A DNA stretch of 64,000 bases. Origin: SAR86 cluster bacterium (GTDB taxonomy: Bacteria > Pseudomonadota > Gammaproteobacteria > Magnimaribacterales > Magnimaribacteraceae). Below are positions 47,827 through 57,626 of the stretch, piece by piece. Position 1 is the first letter of the stretch. Every line of letters starts with the position of its first letter. The stretch covers positions 37,966 through 101,965 of the forward strand of contig JAQWNM010000004.1 in NCBI GenBank assembly GCA_029268615.1, written 5' to 3'. Both the position numbers and the translations under genes were made by a program. The notes under the pieces are model-generated. The model did not search any database. It saw only the letters and a program-made list of their open reading frames with translations, and had not been told where the DNA came from.

Positions 47827-50076
47827 ATGAAAATTTTACTAAAATCACTAGGTTATCTAGCTTTAATTTTTTTAACCGTATTAATCGTGTATTCATTAGG
47901 ATTTTATTTCAATTGGTATGGAAAATTAGAAGGCCCTGGGGTATCTGTAACTGATCCTTATCCAGAAAAATTATTAGAGGCAAAGAAAATATCTCAAGCC
48001 GATATATTAGATTCACCTAAACAAATATTATTTGGAGATACCCATGTTCATACTACCTATTCAACAGATGCTTTTCTTTGGAGTCTGCCTGTCTTTAACG
48101 GAGAAGGGCCTCATCCTATTTCTGATGCGTGTGATTATGCAAGGTTCTGTTCAGCTTTAGATTTTTGGGTAACAACAGATCATGCTGAAGCATCTACTCC
48201 TAGAAAATGGTCATCTATTAAACAAGCTGTAAGAAATTGTAATGCACCTTCTGATAAGGCAGATCCTGATATGGTTACATTCCTAGGCTATGAGTGGACT
48301 CAAGTAGGGTTAGAAGCAGGAAATCATTATGGACATAAAAATGTAGTCTTCAAGGATATTGAAGAAGATAACGTTCCAGCCCGGCCTATAGGTGCCGGTG
48401 GTCTTGCCACCCAAGGTATGAGAGTAATAATAGGGCAACAAGCAGCAAGGTTAGTAAAGCCTCTTGCCTTGGCTGATTTTTCAAATCGGGAAAGGTATTT
48501 TAATTTTGGCTCTTTTGTAAAGGAATTAAATGGAATTCCATTTTGCGAGGAAGGTGTTAGTTCAGATTTATTGCCAGTCAATTGTTACGAATCTGCAGAC
48601 ACACCGGAAGATCTTTTTTTAAAACTTAAAGAACTAAAAATGCCATCTATAGTAATCCCGCATGGTAATACCTGGGGATTTTATTCTCCTCCAGGTACAA
48701 GTTTAGATAAGCAATTAGAGCCAGGTTTTCATGATCCTAATGTACAAGTTTTATTTGAAATTATGTCAGGTCATGGTAATTCAGAAGAGTATAGGCCTTG
48801 GAGAGCAATGACTTATGATTCTGAAGGCCTATTGTCTTGCCCTGATCCAAGCAAAGATTACTTGCCTAGTTGCTGGAGAGCTGGAGAGATAATAAAAGAA
48901 AGATGCCTAAAGGAAGGTTCTAGCAATCTCATATGTGAAGAAAGGGAAAAAGAAGCGCGTATAGATTATTTAAATGCTCAAGCAGCTGGCCATACAACTG
49001 TACAGGGAGCAGAATTTGAAGATTGGCTTGATTCTGGACAATGTAAAGATTGTTTCATTCCTTCCTTCAATTATAGGCCAGCTGGTTCTGGTCAATATGC
49101 CTTGGCTATTGGTAACTTTTCATCAAACGAAGTTAATAGATTTAGGTTCGGTTTTATAGCTTCCAGCGATAATCATAGAGCTAGACCAGGTACAGGCTAT
49201 AAGGAAATAGATAGAATGACAACAACAGATGCAAACGGACAACCTTCTGAAACTTTAAGGTCCGCTTTTTATCCTAAAGAAGAAAGAATTCCTCGTTCTG
49301 TAAAGAGTGAAATGAGCTTAGATCCTGATAATCCAAATACTCGAGGAGGTTTTGGAGCTTTTGAGGCTGAAAGGATGGCTTCCTTTTTTACAACAGGAGG
49401 ACTTGCTGCTGTTCATTCTGATGGAAGAGGTCGCGAAGATATTTGGGATTCTATGCAAAGAAAAGAAACTTATGCAACAAGTGGAGATAGGATCTTACTC
49501 TGGTTCAATCTTATTAAAGAAAATATTTCTATTCCAATGGGTGGAGAAATTAAAACTTCAGAAAATCCTACTTTTACTGTAAAAGCAGTAGGCGCTTTAA
49601 AGCAAAAACCAGGATGTCCAGATTTTGGCGTTACTTCTTTTTCTACCGATGATATAGAAACATTATGTAAAAACGAATGTTATAACCCTTCAGATGAAAG
49701 AAAAATAATAACTCGTATAGAAGTTATTAAAATTAACCCTCAATTAAACAGCAAAGAAAACGTTTCAGATTTAGTAAAGGATCCCTGGAAAGTATTTAAT
49801 TGTCCTTCAAGTGAGTCAGGTTGTTCAGTGACCTTTTCAGATGATAGCTTTTTAAATGAAGGCAGGGACGCAGCATATTATGTTAGGGCTATTGAAGAAA
49901 GTTCGCCGACTATAAATTCAGAAAACTTAAGATGTGAATTAGATGATGCAGGTCAATGTGCCAAGGTTAATGCATGTTATGGAGATTATAGAACTTCTAA
50001 AGAAGATGATTGTTTATCAATGTCTGAAGAAAGAGCTTGGTCATCCCCGATATTCGTAGACTTTGCAGATCTTTAG
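47827..50076 (+). CDS. DUF3604-like protein (PHP-type metal-binding N-domain), N-terminal membrane anchor, Cys-rich C-terminus
   Basis: 749 aa. TM anchor LGYLALIFLTVLIVYSLGFYF. LFGDTHVHTTYSTDAF metal motif. Many paired Cys in the last 200 aa or so. SD AAGAGG 17 nt after the rhomboid stop. Confidence 0.65.
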   Translation: MKILLKSLGYLALIFLTVLIVYSLGFYFNWYGKLEGPGVSVTDPYPEKLLEAKKISQADILDSPKQILFGDTHVHTTYSTDAFLWSLPVFNGEGPHPISDACDYARFCSALDFWVTTDHAEASTPRKWSSIKQAVRNCNAPSDKADPDMVTFLGYEWTQVGLEAGNHYGHKNVVFKDIEEDNVPARPIGAGGLATQGMRVIIGQQAARLVKPLALADFSNRERYFNFGSFVKELNGIPFCEEGVSSDLLPVNCYESADTPEDLFLKLKELKMPSIVIPHGNTWGFYSPPGTSLDKQLEPGFHDPNVQVLFEIMSGHGNSEEYRPWRAMTYDSEGLLSCPDPSKDYLPSCWRAGEIIKERCLKEGSSNLICEEREKEARIDYLNAQAAGHTTVQGAEFEDWLDSGQCKDCFIPSFNYRPAGSGQYALAIGNFSSNEVNRFRFGFIASSDNHRARPGTGYKEIDRMTTTDANGQPSETLRSAFYPKEERIPRSVKSEMSLDPDNPNTRGGFGAFEAERMASFFTTGGLAAVHSDGRGREDIWDSMQRKETYATSGDRILLWFNLIKENISIPMGGEIKTSENPTFTVKAVGALKQKPGCPDFGVTSFSTDDIETLCKNECYNPSDERKIITRIEVIKINPQLNSKENVSDLVKDPWKVFNCPSSESGCSVTFSDDSFLNEGRDAAYYVRAIEESSPTINSENLRCELDDAGQCAKVNACYGDYRTSKEDDCLSMSEERAWSSPIFVDFADL

Positions 50077-50152
50077 TTTTTTGCTTCAAAACTTTCAAAG
50101 TTAATAAAGAGATTAATGAAGGTGTCTATGTATCAAAAAATTATTTAAAAAA

Positions 50153-51619
50153 TTGGAAAGTAAAGAGTTATCGTTTTCAACTAAGTTCTTTTATGGTTTC
50201 GGATCCATTGCTTATGGAATAAAAGATAATGGATATAGTTTTTTTGTCTTATTTGTATATAGTGTTGTATTAGGTTTGCCTGGCTGGATGACTGGCCTGG
50301 CACTTAATATAGTCCTTTTATTTGATGCAATTTCTGATCCATTAGTAGGATATTTTTCTGACAGGACAAGGTCAAAATGGGGAAGAAGGCATCCATATAT
50401 GTATGCTGCAGCACTTCCTGTAGCTATCACATACTTTTTTTTATGGAATCCTCCGTCAGATCTAACTGACTGGCAACTTTTTTCATATCTCTTATGCCTT
50501 TCTATAGTTATAAGGACATGTATTACTTTTTTTGAGATTCCTAGCACGTCACTAGGGCCGGAGTTAACTTCTAATTATGTAGAGCGAGCTGAACTTCTAT
50601 CTTATAGATATTTTTTTGGATGGATCGGAGGCCTCACAATGTATAACTTAGTTTGGGTTTGGTTTGCACCAAGACACAAGAGTGCAGAGTTCTTGGATGG
50701 TAGATTTAATCCAGAAACTTGGATGGAATATGGGCTGGTTTCTTCTTTATTGATTCTGTTAGGTATTTTAGTAACTGCTATAGGAACGCATAAACATGTC
50801 CCTAAATTATTAATACCTCCAGAAAAAGAAAAACTTTCTTCCCAACAAAGTTCAAAAACAAAACTTTTAGTTTTCTTTAAAGAATTGAAAGAGACCCTTT
50901 TTTCAAATAAATCATATATGTTTCTTTTTGTCGCTAGTCTTATAGCTGCAATTGCATCCGGTCTTGAAGCTTCATTGGCTATATATTTTGATAGTTTCTT
51001 CTGGCAATTTACATTAGAAGAAATGTTTATAAGGGGAGTTAGTATCTACTTATCTCCTGTTATAGCTATAATTTTAGTTCCTATCTTAGTGAATAGATAT
51101 GGAAAGAAAAACACTGTGATGGGTGTTTGGTTCATTCAGATATTCTATGCTGCATCACCTTTCGTACTAAGACTTTTAGGGTGGTTTCCAGAAAATGATA
51201 GCCATGTATTATTACCACTTCTATGTTTTCATGCTGTAACTAATATTGCTATGACGATTATAGTAGCTTCTACTATAGGTTCCATGGTCATGGACTTAGT
51301 TGAAAAAATACAATTAACAACTGGTAGGAGAGAAGAGGGTTTATTAATTTCAGCTAGGTCATTTGCTCAAAAAGCTGTAAGTGGGTTTGGTCTAACTTTA
51401 GCAGGAATAATTCTCTCAATAATAAGTTTTCCGACTGCAATGAACTCTGGTGAAGTTCCTCAAAGGACTCTAGATCTTTTGGCTATGACTTATATTCCAA
51501 TCTCGGTTTTTGCATTTCTTTTAGCTCTTAGTTTTGTTTCTGGATATAATCTAACGAGAGAAGAGCATGAAGAGAATATTTCTAGGCCAGAAACTAAGAC
51601 TTGGACCAAAAAGTACTAA
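50153..51619 (+). CDS. MFS transporter, GPH type (paralog of 45594-47036)
   Basis: 488 aa with a TTG start (uncertain). DAISDPLVGYFSDRTRSKWGRRHPY and TGRREEGLL match the paralog. Confidence 0.8.
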   Translation: MESKELSFSTKFFYGFGSIAYGIKDNGYSFFVLFVYSVVLGLPGWMTGLALNIVLLFDAISDPLVGYFSDRTRSKWGRRHPYMYAAALPVAITYFFLWNPPSDLTDWQLFSYLLCLSIVIRTCITFFEIPSTSLGPELTSNYVERAELLSYRYFFGWIGGLTMYNLVWVWFAPRHKSAEFLDGRFNPETWMEYGLVSSLLILLGILVTAIGTHKHVPKLLIPPEKEKLSSQQSSKTKLLVFFKELKETLFSNKSYMFLFVASLIAAIASGLEASLAIYFDSFFWQFTLEEMFIRGVSIYLSPVIAIILVPILVNRYGKKNTVMGVWFIQIFYAASPFVLRLLGWFPENDSHVLLPLLCFHAVTNIAMTIIVASTIGSMVMDLVEKIQLTTGRREEGLLISARSFAQKAVSGFGLTLAGIILSIISFPTAMNSGEVPQRTLDLLAMTYIPISVFAFLLALSFVSGYNLTREEHEENISRPETKTWTKKY

Positions 51620-51651
51620 AAATCTTAGAAAATAAAAAATTTATATTAGTT

Positions 51652-51963
51652 ATGACAATATGTGAAGAAATAGAATTGAAATTACAAGAAGAATTATACC
51701 CTATTCATCTCGAGGTAATAAATGAGAGCCATATGCATAATGTAGAGCCGGGAAAAGAATCTCATCTAAGAATAGTAGCCGTCTCTTCAATATTTGAAGA
51801 TCTAAATATGGTAAAAAGACATCAGTTAATTTATAAGAATTTAGGAGGCGCCTTGGAGGGGCCTGTACATGCCATCTCTTTACATACATTTTCACCAGAA
51901 GAGTGGTCTCTTAAAGAAGGCAAAACAATTGAATCACCGGATTGTCTTGGAGGCAGTTCATAA
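51652..51963 (+). CDS. bolA: BolA-family protein
   Basis: ATG at 51652; the longer ORF-track start overlaps the MFS gene. LEVINESHMHNV..GKESHLRIVAVSSIF...RHQLIY...VHAISLHTFSPEEW...SPDCLGG parallels E. coli BolA. Confidence 0.82.
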   Translation: MTICEEIELKLQEELYPIHLEVINESHMHNVEPGKESHLRIVAVSSIFEDLNMVKRHQLIYKNLGGALEGPVHAISLHTFSPEEWSLKEGKTIESPDCLGGSS

Positions 51964-51976
51964 GACTTAATTTAAG

Positions 51977-52888
51977 ATGGAACTTATAGCAGTCATAACA
52001 TTTTATAAAATATTCTTTATCAAAGATGTTTATAAATTTAGTAGATCAATCGAAAGAGTTGCAACAAAAGAAAATATTCTAGGTACTTTTTTTGTTACCC
52101 CTGAAGGCATTAATACAACTCTATCTGGTTCAGCCAACAATCTACAAAATTTTTTAATTTTTTTAGAAAATGAGCATAAAATTCCAAGTGAACTAGCTAA
52201 ATGGACCAAAACTGCTAGCCATCCTTTTAAAAGATTAAAGGTAAGAATTAAAGATAGATTGCTTCCTTTAGAGGGGGACTTTCAAATAATAAAAAAACGA
52301 GGCAAGCATATTGCTCCTGAGGGCTGGAATGAGTTATTACAAGATCCTGATGTTATTCTTTTAGACGTCAGAAATGAATATGAAATTTCACTTGGAACTT
52401 TCAAAACATCCATTAATCCTATGACTTCTTCTTTTATTAATTTTCCAGAATTTCTAGAATCAATAAAAGGATTTAAAGAAAAGAAGTTTGCAATGTTTTG
52501 TACTGGCGGGATTAGATGCGAAGTAGCTTCTGCTTATATGATGCATAAAGGCTATAAAGAAGTATTTCAATTAGAGGGCGGGATACTAAATTACATCGAA
52601 AGAGTTAAGGCGGAAGATCATTTATGGCAAGGGGAATGCTTTGTATTTGATGAAAGGGTTTCAGTAGATAAGAATTTATTACCTGGAAATTATTCGCAAT
52701 GTTTTGGATGTAGGAGACCTCTTTCAAAAAAAGACATGAAATCTAGATATTATGTTAAAGGAGTCTCGTGCCATCTTTGTTTTGACGAGACTTCAGAAAA
52801 TGATAAATTGCGGTTTCGAGAAAGGCAAAAGCAAATAGAATTGGCAGCAATGAGAGGAATCAATCATTTTGGAGGTCAAAAGATCTAA
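51977..52888 (+). CDS. trhO: Rhodanese-domain protein YceA/TrhO (tRNA U34 hydroxylase family, UPF0176)
   Basis: 303 aa. FYKIF..., EGINTTLSG, rhodanese active-site loop CTGGIRCE, LEGGILNY. Confidence 0.85.
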   Translation: MELIAVITFYKIFFIKDVYKFSRSIERVATKENILGTFFVTPEGINTTLSGSANNLQNFLIFLENEHKIPSELAKWTKTASHPFKRLKVRIKDRLLPLEGDFQIIKKRGKHIAPEGWNELLQDPDVILLDVRNEYEISLGTFKTSINPMTSSFINFPEFLESIKGFKEKKFAMFCTGGIRCEVASAYMMHKGYKEVFQLEGGILNYIERVKAEDHLWQGECFVFDERVSVDKNLLPGNYSQCFGCRRPLSKKDMKSRYYVKGVSCHLCFDETSENDKLRFRERQKQIELAAMRGINHFGGQKI

Positions 52889-52898
52889 GACAATATCA

Positions 52899-55406
52899 AT
52901 GAATACTAAAATACCAAATAAGGTTTCTTATTATTTTGCAGAATTTATAGCAAGAAATTCCTACCTAACCTTATCTTTTATTCTTTTTTTATTACTCTTT
53001 TCTTTTTTGAATTTATCAAAATTCAAACTTGATGCTTCTTCTGATTCTTTAGTTTTAGAAAATGATGATGATCTTAGATATTATAGAGAAGTAAGTTCTC
53101 ATTATGGATCAGGTGACTTCCTGATAGTCTTATTTACCCCTAATGGTTCTCTTTTTTCCGATAAAGTTATAGAAGAAGTAAGGTTATTGGCAGATAAATT
53201 TGAAGGATTAGAAGGAATAGACTCTGTGTTAAGTTATTTAGATGCCCCCATACTATTCAGTCCTAAAATGCCGATTAGAGAATTGGCAAATAATATACGT
53301 ACCATTGAAGACTCGAATATAGATTTTAAACAAGTAAAAGCAGAATTTACTTCTAGTCCTTTATATTCAGAACTTTTAGTAAGTCTAGATGGAAAAACTA
53401 CAGGAATGCAGCTCAATCTTCCAGGTACGCCAGTATATGATCAATTAATTCAAAAGCGTTATGAGGTTCGTCAATTATTGTTAGTAGCCGCCGCAGATCA
53501 GAAGCAATATTTATCATTGCAATTAAATAATATAAACGAAGATCTCCGAAAGAATAGTGATCTTAGAACTCAAAAAAGGGATCAGTTAATATCGTCAGTT
53601 AGAGAAGTTATTAATGCTAGTAGTGATGTTGGCCAACTTTATTTAGGTGGCACAGCCATGATTGCATCAGATATGTTGAGTTTTATTAGCGATGATTTGT
53701 TGTATTTTGGAGTGGGCGTAGCTCTTTTATTTTTAATTACTTTAGCAGTGGTTTTTAAAAGATCTAGATGGGTACTTCTGCCTTTATCTTGTAGCGCCTT
53801 AGTAGGGACATTTATTTTAGGATTTTTAGGCTGGATGGATTGGAGGGTAACAGTTGTCTCTTCTAATTTTATTGCTTTGCTTTTAATAATCACTATTTCA
53901 TTAACAATACATATTATTGTTAGATATCAAGAACTTACTAGTAAGCATATAGAATTAGATCAGAATGATTTAGTATCTTTAACAATACAACAGATGTTAA
54001 AGCCTTGTTTTTATACAGCCCTAACAACCATCGTTGCATTTGCTTCATTGGCTGTAAGTGATATTAAGCCGGTTATTGATTTTGGAAAAATGATGGTAGT
54101 AGGTATTTTTTTTGCATTTATATTTTCATTCACTGCCTTGCCAGCTGCGATTTCTTTATTGCCTAAATTAACTTCAGATGCCCAAAAAGATTTCAGTAAG
54201 GGCCTTACCCTTAGGTTCTCGAGCATTGTTGAGGAATTTGGAAAGTTTGTTCTTTTAATTTCAATTTTTTTAATAATTTTTGCTTTTACCGGAATTAATA
54301 AACTAACAGTTGAAAATAGATTTATAGACTATTTTAAATCCTCGACAGAGATTTATAAGGGTATGGAACTTCTTGATCAGAAACTAGGGGGAACCGCTCC
54401 TTTAGATATAATTATTAAAGCTCCTCAAGAATTTTATGTACAAAATAAAGATCAAGACGTGTTTGAAGACGATTTTGAAGACGATTATGCTGAAGAAGAT
54501 AGCTCAACTAGTGGATATTGGTGGAGCGTAAGATCTATCGATAGACTAGAAGAAATTCACGATTATTTAGATTCTTTACCAGAAATAGGCAAAGTTCTGT
54601 CTATAGCAAGTGGAATTAAAGTGGCTGAAAGATTAAATGATGGTGAACCGCTTTCAGAGCTAGATTTAGCTTTAGTAAAAAACATGTTGCCAGATGAAAT
54701 TAAAGAAAGCATGCTTAATTCTTATATAAGTCAAGACGAAAACGAAGTTAGGATCTCTTCAAGGGTATTAGAAACTCAAGAAGGTTTAAATAGAAATGAG
54801 TTATTAGAAAAAATTGAAAATCAATTAGAAAATACATTTGGTTTAAAAGAAAATGAATATAGGCTTACAGGATTAGCAGTCCTTTATAATAATATGTTAC
54901 AGAGCTTATTTTCTTCTCAAATAGGGACTTTAGAGATAGTTTTTGGAGTTATCTTATTAATGTTTATAGTTTTATTTAGGTCTATTAAATTAGCCTTTTT
55001 AGGAATAATACCTAATCTCTTAGCAGCTGGAGTAGTGTTAGGTTCAATGGGATGGATGGGCATACCTTTAGATATTATGACAATAACAGTAGCTGCTATA
55101 AGCGTTGGTATGGCCGTTGATAATACTATTCATTATGTGCATAGATTCAAGATTGAGTTTTTGCATTGTCGGAATTACAGGCAGGCAATGTTAAATAGCC
55201 ATGGGACGATAGGAAGGGCAATGTTTTATACTTCTACAACAATCATAATAGGTTTTCTGGTTTTAATAACCTCAAATTTTAATCCTACAGCTTATTTTGG
55301 TTTTTTTGTATCTCTTGCTATGGTAATGGCTTTAATGGGGGCGCTTACATTATTACCTCAATTATTGCTCACTTTTAAACCATTAGGACCAGAAAAAGAA
55401 AATTAA
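52899..55406 (+). CDS. RND-superfamily transporter of the MMPL/HpnN-like (sterol-sensing-domain type) class
   Basis: ATG at 52899. Two repeats, each a TM segment plus a large loop plus a 5-TM bundle (...LLIITISLTIHIIVRY..., ...AISVGMAVDNTIHYVHRF...). Acidic linker DVFEDDFEDDYAEED. Confidence 0.8.
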   Translation: MNTKIPNKVSYYFAEFIARNSYLTLSFILFLLLFSFLNLSKFKLDASSDSLVLENDDDLRYYREVSSHYGSGDFLIVLFTPNGSLFSDKVIEEVRLLADKFEGLEGIDSVLSYLDAPILFSPKMPIRELANNIRTIEDSNIDFKQVKAEFTSSPLYSELLVSLDGKTTGMQLNLPGTPVYDQLIQKRYEVRQLLLVAAADQKQYLSLQLNNINEDLRKNSDLRTQKRDQLISSVREVINASSDVGQLYLGGTAMIASDMLSFISDDLLYFGVGVALLFLITLAVVFKRSRWVLLPLSCSALVGTFILGFLGWMDWRVTVVSSNFIALLLIITISLTIHIIVRYQELTSKHIELDQNDLVSLTIQQMLKPCFYTALTTIVAFASLAVSDIKPVIDFGKMMVVGIFFAFIFSFTALPAAISLLPKLTSDAQKDFSKGLTLRFSSIVEEFGKFVLLISIFLIIFAFTGINKLTVENRFIDYFKSSTEIYKGMELLDQKLGGTAPLDIIIKAPQEFYVQNKDQDVFEDDFEDDYAEEDSSTSGYWWSVRSIDRLEEIHDYLDSLPEIGKVLSIASGIKVAERLNDGEPLSELDLALVKNMLPDEIKESMLNSYISQDENEVRISSRVLETQEGLNRNELLEKIENQLENTFGLKENEYRLTGLAVLYNNMLQSLFSSQIGTLEIVFGVILLMFIVLFRSIKLAFLGIIPNLLAAGVVLGSMGWMGIPLDIMTITVAAISVGMAVDNTIHYVHRFKIEFLHCRNYRQAMLNSHGTIGRAMFYTSTTIIIGFLVLITSNFNPTAYFGFFVSLAMVMALMGALTLLPQLLLTFKPLGPEKEN

Positions 55407-55415
55407 GGAGCTAAT

Positions 55416-56552
55416 ATGGGACCTCTTAAAGGCATAAAAATTATAGAAATGGCTGGAATAGGACCTGGTCCTTTCTGTGGCATGATTTTATCTGATTTGG
55501 GAGCAGAAGTTATCAGAGTAGATAGAGCTTCAGCTGCTGGTTCTGGCTCTAGAAAAGAGCCAGCAAATAGAGGAAAAAGATCAATAGCAATTGATTTAAA
55601 ATCCGAAGAGGGCGTTGAAATTGTGTTGAAACTTATTGAAAAATCAGACGGTATTTTTGAAGGCTTTCGCCCAGGAGTCATGGAAAGACTTGGATTAGGA
55701 CCAGATGTTTGTCTTGCTAGAAATCCTAAATTAGTTTACGGCAGAATGACAGGCTGGGGTCAGTATGGTCCTCTAGCTCATGCTGCTGGTCATGATATTA
55801 ATTATATCTCTTTAACAGGAGCTCTAGCTGCAATAGGAAGACCAGGTTCCCCTCCAGTTGTGCCTTTAAATTTAATTGGTGATTTTGGAGGTGGAGGCAT
55901 GTTTCTTGCCTTAGGGCTTTTAGCAGCTTTATTAGAAGTTCGCAATTCAGGCAAAGGACAAGTAATTGATGCAGCCATGACAGATGGATCTTCTACATTA
56001 ATGACGATGATATATTCTATGAAGGAAGCAAATTTTATGCCATGGCAAGATGAGTTAGGAAGCAATCTCTTAGATGGTGGAGCACATTTTTATGATACTT
56101 ATGAATGTTTAGATGGAAAGTATATTTCTATTGGATCCATAGAACCTCAGTTTTACTCTTTATTAAGAGAAGCTGCAGGGCTGACCGATGCAAGTTTTGA
56201 TGATCAAATGCAAAGAGAAAATTGGCAAGAATTAAAGTTAAAGGTTAAAGAAGTTTTCTTAACTAAATCTCAGAAGGACTGGACAGACCTTATGGAGGGT
56301 ACTGATATTTGTTTTGCTCCAGTATTATCAATGGAAGAAGCACCAAATCACCCTCACAATATTGCAAGAAAAACTTTTGTTGAAATAGACGGAGTTACTC
56401 AACCTGCTCCTGCTCCTAGGTTCTCTAGAACTGAATCTGAAATTCAAGGGCCCTCCTCGATAGCAGGTGAGCATTCTCTGGAGATTCTTCATGAGCTTGG
56501 GATAGATGAGGAATATTTATCAGTTTTAAAGAAGAAAGGCATTGTTAATTGA
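55416..56552 (+). CDS. Alpha-methylacyl-CoA racemase-like enzyme (family III CoA-transferase fold)
   Basis: 378 aa. Collinear similarity to AMACR/Mcr (GPGPFCGMILSDLGAEVIRVDR, GKRSIAIDLK, FRPGVMERLGLGP, AGHDINYISLTG, PLNLIGDFGGGG, GKGQVIDAAMTDG, LDGGAHFYDTY, GSIEPQFY). Confidence 0.85.
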   Translation: MGPLKGIKIIEMAGIGPGPFCGMILSDLGAEVIRVDRASAAGSGSRKEPANRGKRSIAIDLKSEEGVEIVLKLIEKSDGIFEGFRPGVMERLGLGPDVCLARNPKLVYGRMTGWGQYGPLAHAAGHDINYISLTGALAAIGRPGSPPVVPLNLIGDFGGGGMFLALGLLAALLEVRNSGKGQVIDAAMTDGSSTLMTMIYSMKEANFMPWQDELGSNLLDGGAHFYDTYECLDGKYISIGSIEPQFYSLLREAAGLTDASFDDQMQRENWQELKLKVKEVFLTKSQKDWTDLMEGTDICFAPVLSMEEAPNHPHNIARKTFVEIDGVTQPAPAPRFSRTESEIQGPSSIAGEHSLEILHELGIDEEYLSVLKKKGIVN

Positions 56553-56779
56553 ATGAATTAATTTTGGTCACTACGAAGGACTGTCCACTGTGCGAAAAAG
56601 CTAAAGAAATATGTGATAAGTTAGAATCTAAAGAGCTCACTTTAAAGGAGTTAGATATATTTTCTTCCGATGATTTGCATATAAATTATTGGGACAAAAT
56701 ACCTGTTTTAATTTATAACGATAAAATTCTTAACTGGCCCTTTGACCTGCAATCAGTCAAGGATCTAATATCTGTCTAG
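56549..56779 (+). CDS. Small glutaredoxin/thioredoxin-like protein (CxxC)
   Basis: 76 aa or slightly shorter. CPLCEKAK motif with a thioredoxin-fold-like length. The TTG start overlaps the upstream stop. Confidence 0.6.
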   Translation: MNELILVTTKDCPLCEKAKEICDKLESKELTLKELDIFSSDDLHINYWDKIPVLIYNDKILNWPFDLQSVKDLISV

Positions 56780-57559
56780 ACCAAAGAAATTTTTACTATT
56801 AGTAAACAATGTTTTGAAAGTTTCTTCATGTGCACCATCTTTATGAGAAGCAACTTCTTTTGCAACAATTCCAAGATATTTAGGTTCATTGCTTGTCCTG
56901 TAGTTAATACCTGAGTTTCTAGGTAATAGATAAGGAGAGTCAGTTTCAATCAATAATCTATCTTCAGGAATATTTTTAATCAAAGGCTTAAGATGCTGGC
57001 CTCTTCTTTCATCACAAATCCAGCCTGTTATGCCTATATAAAAATCCCTTCCAGTATAGTCATCTAGCTCACTTTCTGTACCTGTAAAACAATGAACAAC
57101 AATTCTAGGTAAATTATCTTTAACATTATCGAGAATTGAAAGAAAGTCTTGATGGGCTTCTCTCACATGGAGAAACAAAGGCATATCTAATTCTATTGCA
57201 AGTTCAACATGTTGCTCAAAACTTTTTCTTTGTTCTGATGGGGAGGAATAGTTCCTGTGATAGTCTAAACCAGTTTCTCCAATGGCACTGACTTCTTTAT
57301 TGGATGCTAAATCTTTTACTTCACTATAACTGTAGCTGTTAAATTTCTTTGCTTCATGTGGATGGATTCCAGCGGTTGAAATAAGTATTTCAGGCCATTT
57401 TTTAACAAGATCTAGGGCTTTTATGCTTTCCTCTAAATTTGAACTAGTAACTGAAATATTAACTACTCCTTCATTCAGAGCATTTTCTAAAATAGATTCT
57501 AGATCTTCTTGTAGGTCTGGGTGGGTGAGATTGGCACCAATGTCAAAATATTGATTCAT
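56765..57559 (-). CDS. tatD: TatD-family metal-dependent hydrolase (DNase)
   Basis: 264 aa. FDIGANLTH, GIHPHEA, AIGETGLDY, LHVREA, HCFTG, ETDSPYL. Confidence 0.88.
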   Translation of the reverse strand: MNQYFDIGANLTHPDLQEDLESILENALNEGVVNISVTSSNLEESIKALDLVKKWPEILISTAGIHPHEAKKFNSYSYSEVKDLASNKEVSAIGETGLDYHRNYSSPSEQRKSFEQHVELAIELDMPLFLHVREAHQDFLSILDNVKDNLPRIVVHCFTGTESELDDYTGRDFYIGITGWICDERRGQHLKPLIKNIPEDRLLIETDSPYLLPRNSGINYRTSNEPKYLGIVAKEVASHKDGAHEETFKTLFTNSKNFFGLDRY

Positions 57560-57626
57560 ATAATTTCTTTATTTTATTCTTGATAAAGATTATAAAGGAC
57601 ATCTTGATATAAATTAGGAGTATATA

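Noticed and set aside
3704-52898. Longer N-terminal extensions proposed by the ORF track for the TBDR (3704), oppC-like (9288), tauD-like (17896), bolA (51601) and RND (52869) genes.
   Set aside because: In each case an internal ATG gives the expected family N-terminus (signal peptide or an alignable start), often with an SD. The extension overlaps the upstream gene or adds non-homologous residues.
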